Below, in pieces: positions 58,513-64,000 of a DNA stretch of 64,000 bases. Numbering within the stretch: position 1 is the stretch's first letter; the number at the start of each line of letters is the position of its first letter. Below the pieces are notes generated by a model. That model saw nothing but the letters and a program-made list of their open reading frames with translations, was not told where the DNA came from and did no database searches. Both the position numbers and the translations under genes were made by a program. The DNA is from Actinomycetes bacterium (GTDB lineage Bacteria; Actinomycetota; Actinomycetes; DATJPE01): the NCBI GenBank assembly GCA_031430645.1, contig JANPBY010000101.1:6112-70111 (forward strand). The letters are read 5' to 3'.

Positions 58513-60213
58513 TTATTCGGTTCCACGAGCTGTCCGGACCTCGCTCACACGCCGCTTCAGGGCAAGGGGCAGCAGGGATGCTGCCTGCCGAGCGGCGAGC
58601 CAAGCGAGGGCTTCGGTGCGTTCGCCGTGACACATGAAAGCGATGACGTCTCCTGGCGCCGACCGCTCAACGAGTGCGATCAGGGCCACGACCTCTCCAT
58701 CGGAGGTAGGGAAATCGCTGTGCCCCACTGACTTCGCCCCCTCGTCGAAGAGCGCCTGGACTTCGCCAAGGGTGCGTCCACGGAGGTACATCGGGGAGCG
58801 AACAGAGATGACGTCGTCAGCCTGTTGAGCGGCCAACGCTCCGAGTTGAACCAGATCCTCGTCGCGCCGGTCGCCGGCGCCGGAGAGCGCCAGCCGAACG
58901 TTGGACCCAGGCAAGCGCAGCCCGTCCGCGACACCAAGCAGCGCCTCGAGCCCCTCCGGGTTGTGCGCGAAATCCAGGACGACCAAGACCGAGTCCAGCT
59001 CGAAGACGTTCATCCGGCCCGGGTTGTGCGCAACGTCGGGCACGAAGCTCGCGAGACCTGCCGTGATCGCTGGTCGTGGCAGATTCAGGGCCAACGCCGC
59101 TGCAACGGCGGCCAAAGCATTGGCGATGTTGTGGGGCGACAGGCCGGCGAGGGTGACCGGGATGTCCGCGATGGACATCAGATGGTCAGGGTCAGCCGTG
59201 CGATCTCCCAGGACCACCAGATCACCGTCGAGTACGGTCACGGCCCGGCCCCCCTCGTTGAGGGTCTGGCGAATGGCCGGACTGTCGGGTGAGAGGGCGA
59301 AGACCCAGGTTCGGGCGCGGATTCCTGACCGCATGGCGAAGACCCGTGGGTCTTCACCATTGAGAACCACCCACCCCTGCGGTCGGGTCACCCTGGTGAC
59401 CACCGCCTTGACCTCAGCGAGCTGGTCGACGGTGTCGATTCCTTGGAGACCCAGATGGTCGGCCGAAACATTCGTCACGATGGCAACGTCGTTGGCAGCC
59501 ACTCCCATCCCCCTCAAGAGCAGCCCTCCCCGCGCGGTCTCGAGCACGGCAACATCGACGGGCTGGGCCAAGACCAGACGGGCACCGCCCGGACCCGACC
59601 AGTCCCCTGCTTCGATAAGTTGACCGTCGACGTAGACCCCATCGGTGCTCGTCCATCCCGTCGAGCGACCCGCCGTCATGCACAGGTGCGCGAGGATCCT
59701 CGTGGTCGTCGTCTTCCCATTGGTGCCCGTGATGGACACCACAGGAATCCTTGGTTGCGGCAAGTCCGGAGGGAGACCTGGTTCAGCGGCGAGCACGTTG
59801 TGTCCTGCCTCGGCGATGAGCTCATCCATCGGCCGCTCCGCCAGGTCATCAAGCACACCGACCACGGCATGAGCCAAGGCTTCTGCCCGGCCGCGGCGAC
59901 GCCAGGGATAGGCAAGAATGAGTTGGTCGATGTCCCTGCCGGGGCGGGCCCGGACAGCCAGCCGATTCGTTCCCGACGCAGCGGCCACCTGGCGGGTGAT
60001 GTGGACGAGCAGGCGAAGAGCGAAACGTTGACGCTGACCCGAATGTGGCTCGCCGGGCCGCGACCCGGACAGCCCGGCCGAACGGGCAATCCCAAGAACG
60101 GTCTCCTCGGCAAGTCCCACAAGGACCGTGGCGTCGAGGGTCAGTTTGACTGCCGGCCGGGAGACATACAGATTCGGGCCGTCGAGGACTCTCAGCTCGA
60201 CTAGCGCAGTCAT
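58513..60213 (-). CDS. Truncated cyanophycin-synthetase-like protein (CphA N domain fused directly to Mur-ligase M domain; ATP-grasp G domain absent)
   Basis: The ATG at 60211-60213 gives MTALVELRVLDGPNLYVSRPAVKLTLD… (CphA N-domain-like), followed after about 160 aa by IPVVSITGTNGKTTTTRILAHL…TDGVYV…LETARGG…DHLG…DFAHNPEG. No ATP-grasp motifs lie between them. Confidence 0.8.
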   Translation of the reverse strand: MTALVELRVLDGPNLYVSRPAVKLTLDATVLVGLAEETVLGIARSAGLSGSRPGEPHSGQRQRFALRLLVHITRQVAAASGTNRLAVRARPGRDIDQLILAYPWRRRGRAEALAHAVVGVLDDLAERPMDELIAEAGHNVLAAEPGLPPDLPQPRIPVVSITGTNGKTTTTRILAHLCMTAGRSTGWTSTDGVYVDGQLIEAGDWSGPGGARLVLAQPVDVAVLETARGGLLLRGMGVAANDVAIVTNVSADHLGLQGIDTVDQLAEVKAVVTRVTRPQGWVVLNGEDPRVFAMRSGIRARTWVFALSPDSPAIRQTLNEGGRAVTVLDGDLVVLGDRTADPDHLMSIADIPVTLAGLSPHNIANALAAVAAALALNLPRPAITAGLASFVPDVAHNPGRMNVFELDSVLVVLDFAHNPEGLEALLGVADGLRLPGSNVRLALSGAGDRRDEDLVQLGALAAQQADDVISVRSPMYLRGRTLGEVQALFDEGAKSVGHSDFPTSDGEVVALIALVERSAPGDVIAFMCHGERTEALAWLAARQAASLLPLALKRRVSEVRTARGTE

Positions 60214-60244
60214 GGGCCGGAGCCTAACTGTGCCCAGGGCGCCG

Positions 60245-61012
60245 TCAGGCACCCATGGCGTGCACCCCTCCGTCAACGTGGACGATCTCGCCGGTCGTCT
60301 TCGGGAACCAGTCGGACAGCAAGGCCACACATCCCTGAGCAGCGGGAGTGGGGTCGTCGAGGTCCCAGCCAATCGGGGCGCGAGACGCCCACACTGCTTC
60401 GAAGTCGCTGAATCCGGGAATCGAGCGGGCTGCCATGGTCTTGATCGGTCCCGCCGCCACCAAGTTCACCCGGATACCCTGGTCCCCGAGGTCACGAGCG
60501 AGATAGCGCGACGTCGACTCGAAGGCGGCCTTGGCGACACCCATCCAGTCGTACTTCGGCCAAGCAACGGTCGCATCAAAGGTCAGCCCGACGACCGAAC
60601 TGCCTGAGGACATCATGGGCAGGCAGGCCATGGTGAGGGCCTTGAGCGAGAACGCGGACACGTGAACCGCGGTGGCGACATCGGGCCAGGTGGTCTTCAA
60701 GAAGTTGCCGCCGAGCGCAGACTCCGGTGCGAAGCCGATCGAGTGCAGTACGCCGTCGATGCCGTCCATGTGCTCGCCCACGCGCCCCGGGAGGCCGGCG
60801 AGGTCTTCTTCGCTCGTGACATCGAGTTCGATCACCGGCGCAGGCGTAGGGAGTCGCCGGGCGATGCGTTGCACGAGCGACATCCGGCCATAGCCCGTCA
60901 GAACCACCTGTGCGCCCTGCTCCTGGGCCAGGCGTGCGACATGGAAAGCGATGGAAGCATCGGTCAGAACGCCTGTGACCAAGACGCGCTTGCCTTCGAG
61001 GATTCCGGCCAT
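60245..61012 (-). CDS. fabI: Enoyl-ACP reductase (NADH), FabI/InhA type
   Basis: MAGILEGKRVLVTGVLTDASIAFHVARLAQEQGAQVVLTG… and the later Y/K active-site region. It is arranged with fabG as in the mabA-inhA operon. Confidence 0.88.
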   Translation of the reverse strand: MAGILEGKRVLVTGVLTDASIAFHVARLAQEQGAQVVLTGYGRMSLVQRIARRLPTPAPVIELDVTSEEDLAGLPGRVGEHMDGIDGVLHSIGFAPESALGGNFLKTTWPDVATAVHVSAFSLKALTMACLPMMSSGSSVVGLTFDATVAWPKYDWMGVAKAAFESTSRYLARDLGDQGIRVNLVAAGPIKTMAARSIPGFSDFEAVWASRAPIGWDLDDPTPAAQGCVALLSDWFPKTTGEIVHVDGGVHAMGA

Positions 61013-61015
61013 CTG

Positions 61016-61720
61016 CTAGTGCCCCATTCCTAGGCCGCCGTCTACGGGAACGACAGCACCGCTGACATAACCAGCCTCGTCCGACGCGAGGAAGGCCACG
61101 ACGGCCGCCACCTCCGCCGGCGATGCATATCGACCGAGCGGAACCTGAGCGAGGATCACCGAGCGTTGGGCGTCGCTCAAAGCCGCCGTCATGTCTGTAT
61201 CGACGAAGCCTGGAGCCACCACATTGGCCGTGATGCTTCGGCTCCCAAGCTCGCGGGTCAACGAGCGAGCGAAACCCACGAGGCCCGCCTTGGACGCGGC
61301 GTAGTTCGCCTGCCCAGCCGAGCCCAGGAGGCCGACCACCGAAGAAACAAAGATCAACCGACCCCAGCGAGCCCGAAGCATGGTTTTGCTCGCTCGACGC
61401 GTCACCCTGAATGCTCCGGTCAGGTTGGTGTCGAGGATCGCCGCGAAGTCGTCCTCGGACATCCGCAAGAGCAAGGTGTCGCGAGTGATGCCGGCATTGG
61501 CGACCAGGATCTCGACCGGCCCAACTTCGGCTTCGATGCGGTCGAAGGCTGCATCGACCGACGCCTGGTCGGTCACATCGCAGGCCACGGCGGTGAGCCC
61601 GTGCGGGGCGTCTCCCGACCGAGAGGTCACCACCACCGTGTGACCATCCTCCGTCAGCCTGAGCGCGATCGCCAGACCGATGCCTCGGTTGCCTCCGGTG
61701 ACCAGCGCTACGCGACCCAC
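61016..61720 (-). CDS. fabG: 3-oxoacyl-ACP reductase FabG (MabA-like)
   Basis: The GTG at 61718-61720 has a GGAGG Shine-Dalgarno. ALVTGGNRGIGLAIA…, NAG…, YAASKAG and the C-terminal PVDGGLGMGH nearly match mycobacterial MabA. The 432-aa ORF-track version carries a non-coding extension. Confidence 0.85.
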   Translation of the reverse strand: MGRVALVTGGNRGIGLAIALRLTEDGHTVVVTSRSGDAPHGLTAVACDVTDQASVDAAFDRIEAEVGPVEILVANAGITRDTLLLRMSEDDFAAILDTNLTGAFRVTRRASKTMLRARWGRLIFVSSVVGLLGSAGQANYAASKAGLVGFARSLTRELGSRSITANVVAPGFVDTDMTAALSDAQRSVILAQVPLGRYASPAEVAAVVAFLASDEAGYVSGAVVPVDGGLGMGH

Positions 61721-61807
61721 CTGACCTCCAGTGCTCGAGGACGCGTTCGACCTTCGGACGCGCCGAGTCGACGCTAGCGCGTCCGCCGCCCCCGTTAGGG
61801 TCCAGGG

Positions 61808-62794
61808 GTGCGCGCCATCCAGATCCACCGCTTCGGCGGCCCCGAAGTACTCGAGCTCGTCGAGCTTCCAGATCCGATTCCCGAACCGGGTTCCCTGCTG
61901 CTCGAGGTGACGACAGCGGGAGTCAACTTTGCCGACACTCACCAGATCGAGAACTCCTATCTCGCGGCCCAGACATTGCCTTTGGTGCCGGGAGCGGAGG
62001 TCGTGGGGCGTACGGCTGACGGCCGACGAGTGGTTGCCCTGGTGTCCGGCGGGGGCTACGCCGAGAAGGCTGTTGTTCATCCGGCTCTGTGCTTCGACGT
62101 CCCTGACACGGTCACGGACGGAGCGGCACTGGCCGTAGTCCTCCAGGGCACGACTGCGTGGCACCTCCTGCGCACGAGCGCCCATCTGATGGCCGGGGAG
62201 ACCGTGGTCGTCCACGCCGGAGCCGGCGGTGTAGGCACCCTCGCCGTTCAGCTTGCGAAGGCGTGGGGCGCCGGCCGGGTCATCGCCACGGCCTCGACGC
62301 AGGAGAAACGCCAACTAACCCTCGACCTCGGCGCCGACGTGGCCGTGTCGCCGGACGCTGAGGGTCTGGCCGCCCGCTTGCGCGAGGCAAACGAGGGCGC
62401 ACCTGTCGACGTTGTCCTGGAGATGACCGGCGGAGCGGTCTTCGACGAGAGCCTTCGGGCACTTGCGCCCTTTGGGCGACTGGTGACCTACGGCATGGCC
62501 TCGAGGCAGCCTGCGAAGCCTGTCACCAGCGGTGAACTGATGGCGAAGTCACGAGCGGTGATCGGTTTCTGGCTGGCGCACTGTTTCACTCGACCGGCCC
62601 TGCTGCACACCGCCATGGACGACCTCCTGGCTCGGTTGGCCGCCGGGGAACTTCGCGCCGTCATCGGCGGGGTCTGCCCCCTAGCAGAGGTCCGGCGCGC
62701 CCATGAGGACCTGCTCGCCCGCAGGACCACCGGGAAGCTCCTCCTCAACCCAACATCCGGCTCCACCAGCGTCGACTTTCCGGGAGCAGTATGA
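61808..62794 (+). CDS. NADPH:quinone oxidoreductase / zinc-binding alcohol dehydrogenase (MDR) family
   Basis: MRAIQIHRFGGPEVLELVELPDP… and the Rossmann block VVVHAGAGGVGTLAVQLAKAWGA. Confidence 0.8.
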   Translation: MRAIQIHRFGGPEVLELVELPDPIPEPGSLLLEVTTAGVNFADTHQIENSYLAAQTLPLVPGAEVVGRTADGRRVVALVSGGGYAEKAVVHPALCFDVPDTVTDGAALAVVLQGTTAWHLLRTSAHLMAGETVVVHAGAGGVGTLAVQLAKAWGAGRVIATASTQEKRQLTLDLGADVAVSPDAEGLAARLREANEGAPVDVVLEMTGGAVFDESLRALAPFGRLVTYGMASRQPAKPVTSGELMAKSRAVIGFWLAHCFTRPALLHTAMDDLLARLAAGELRAVIGGVCPLAEVRRAHEDLLARRTTGKLLLNPTSGSTSVDFPGAV

Positions 62795-64000
62795 CGACCG
62801 AACACGCCGTCGACGAGGACTTCCTCGCACTACCCCTGGACGCCCTAGGTGCCGCAGCTCTCGACCGCGCGCGCAGACTTGGCGTCGAACACGCGGACGT
62901 GCGCGTGCAGCGCCTTCGGAGCGAGTTGGTACGCCTGCGGGACGGGCATCTCGAGGGAGCTAACGACGCCGAGGATCTCGGGATAGGGGTGCGTGTGGTC
63001 CACGACGGGGCCTGGGGTTTTGCCTCGACCATGGACCTCACCCCCGAGGGGGCTGCGCGCGCCGCGCAGGACGCGGTGGCGCTGGCTCAGGTCAGTCGAC
63101 CACTGTCGACCGAGCGGGTCGAGTTGGCTCCCGAGCCCAGCCACACCGGGGGCCATGTGTCCTCCTACGCGATCGACCCGTTTGCCATCCACGATGCGGA
63201 GAAGATCGAGCTTCTGGCCGAGTGGAGCAGGCGGTTGCTCGACGATGACTGCGTCGACCATGTGGACGGCCGGTTCTACGCGATCAAGGAGAACACCTTC
63301 CTCGCCGACCTCGGCGGCACCCACACCACGCAACAGCGGGTGCGCGTGTCTGCCGAGCTGACGGCGGTGGCCATCGACCCTGCATCCGGCGCCTTCGAGA
63401 CCATGACCACTTTGGCGCCACCAGTTGGGCGCGGCTGGGAGTACCTCAGGGGGGACGGCTGGGACTGGGACTCCGAGCTAGCCGAACTGCCCGAGCTCTT
63501 GCGCGAAAAACTCCTGGCGCCGTCGGTGGAAGCCGGCGTGTACGACTTGGTCATCGACCCATCCAACCTGTGGCTCACGATCCACGAGTCCGTGGGGCAC
63601 GCTACCGAACTCGACCGGGTGCTCGGCTACGAGGCGAACTACGCCGGCACATCGTTCGCGACGTACGAGCAACTCGGCAGTTTGCAGTACGGCTCCAGCC
63701 TGATGAACGTGACCGGCGATCGAGTGGTCGAGCATGGCCTGTCGACGGTGGGGTGGGACGACGAAGGTGTGGCAGCACAGCAGTTCGACCTCGTAAAGGA
63801 CGGTGTGCTCGTCGGCTACCAGCTGGACCGGTCTATGGCGGCGCTCAAGGGGTACCCGCGGTCCAACGGCTGCTCCTACGCCGACTCGGCGAGTCACGTT
63901 CAGGTCCAACGGATGCCGAACGTCTCGCTGCAGCCTGCGCCGGACGGCCCGACGACCGAGGCGCTCATTGCCGGTGTCGAGCGCGGCCTGTTCGTGGTCG
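62791..64000 (+). CDS. tldD: TldD/PmbA-family metallopeptidase, 5' portion. The gene continues beyond the window end.
   Basis: The ATG at 62791 (GGGAG Shine-Dalgarno) overlaps the upstream stop (ATGA). The translation …DGAWGFASTMDL…LVIDPSNLWLTIHESVGHATELDR… contains the HExxxH-like TldD motif. It is absent from the ORF track because there is no stop in the window. Confidence 0.75.
   Translation, partial: MTTEHAVDEDFLALPLDALGAAALDRARRLGVEHADVRVQRLRSELVRLRDGHLEGANDAEDLGIGVRVVHDGAWGFASTMDLTPEGAARAAQDAVALAQVSRPLSTERVELAPEPSHTGGHVSSYAIDPFAIHDAEKIELLAEWSRRLLDDDCVDHVDGRFYAIKENTFLADLGGTHTTQQRVRVSAELTAVAIDPASGAFETMTTLAPPVGRGWEYLRGDGWDWDSELAELPELLREKLLAPSVEAGVYDLVIDPSNLWLTIHESVGHATELDRVLGYEANYAGTSFATYEQLGSLQYGSSLMNVTGDRVVEHGLSTVGWDDEGVAAQQFDLVKDGVLVGYQLDRSMAALKGYPRSNGCSYADSASHVQVQRMPNVSLQPAPDGPTTEALIAGVERGLFVV

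Noticed and set aside
61721-62314. N-terminal extension of the 432-aa fabG ORF
   Set aside because: The extension is Arg/Gly-rich and overlaps the plus-strand qor gene start. An internal GTG with GGAGG gives a MabA-sized protein.

Overview
This window is a high-GC (about 70%) actinobacterial chromosomal segment, densely coding on both strands. Gene order is strongly syntenic with the Mycobacterium tuberculosis Rv2093c-Rv2141c region. I found no CRISPR array, transposase or integrase.

The first ~15 kb is a complete Pup-proteasome locus on the minus strand: tatC, tatA, a small Zn-ribbon ORF, pafC, pafB, two FKBP PPIases, pafA, prcA, prcB, pup, dop, a lipoprotein-like ORF, arc/mpa.
- ARC ends in the C-terminal GQYL motif and Pup ends in GGQ.
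- An oppositely oriented ApbE flavin-transferase / ferric-reductase-like membrane module sits between pup and dop.

The syntenic block continues with trmI, an M50/CBS protease, a RecB-like nuclease, a MacB-type ABC pair, a HAD hydrolase, metH, PAC2, mshC, the Rv2133c-2135c-like trio, corA, uppP, an F420-dependent LLM oxidoreductase, an aldo/keto reductase, a sulfotransferase-like protein and an M20 peptidase.

A tRNA-Leu(GAG) lies at 36809-36894. An accessory-looking stretch follows it: a two-domain PPK2, a membrane GGDEF cyclase, an acidic protein, a K+ channel, a short 6PGDH and pgi. Next come a secreted beta-propeller protein, ung, a PHM/DBH-like copper monooxygenase lipoprotein, ABM, a SpoU methyltransferase, a lytic transglycosylase, NfeD/SPFH, an orphan ABC ATPase and serB.

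The most notable element is a cyanophycin locus at 54.8-60.2 kb.
- It holds cyanophycinase cphB, a full-length three-domain cyanophycin synthetase cphA, and a convergent second synthetase-like gene.
- The second gene retains the N domain and the Mur-ligase (M) domain but lacks the ATP-grasp (G) domain.
- fabI, fabG, a quinone oxidoreductase and a partial tldD follow.

All calls rest on reading the six-frame translations and recognising motifs and domains. No database search was run.
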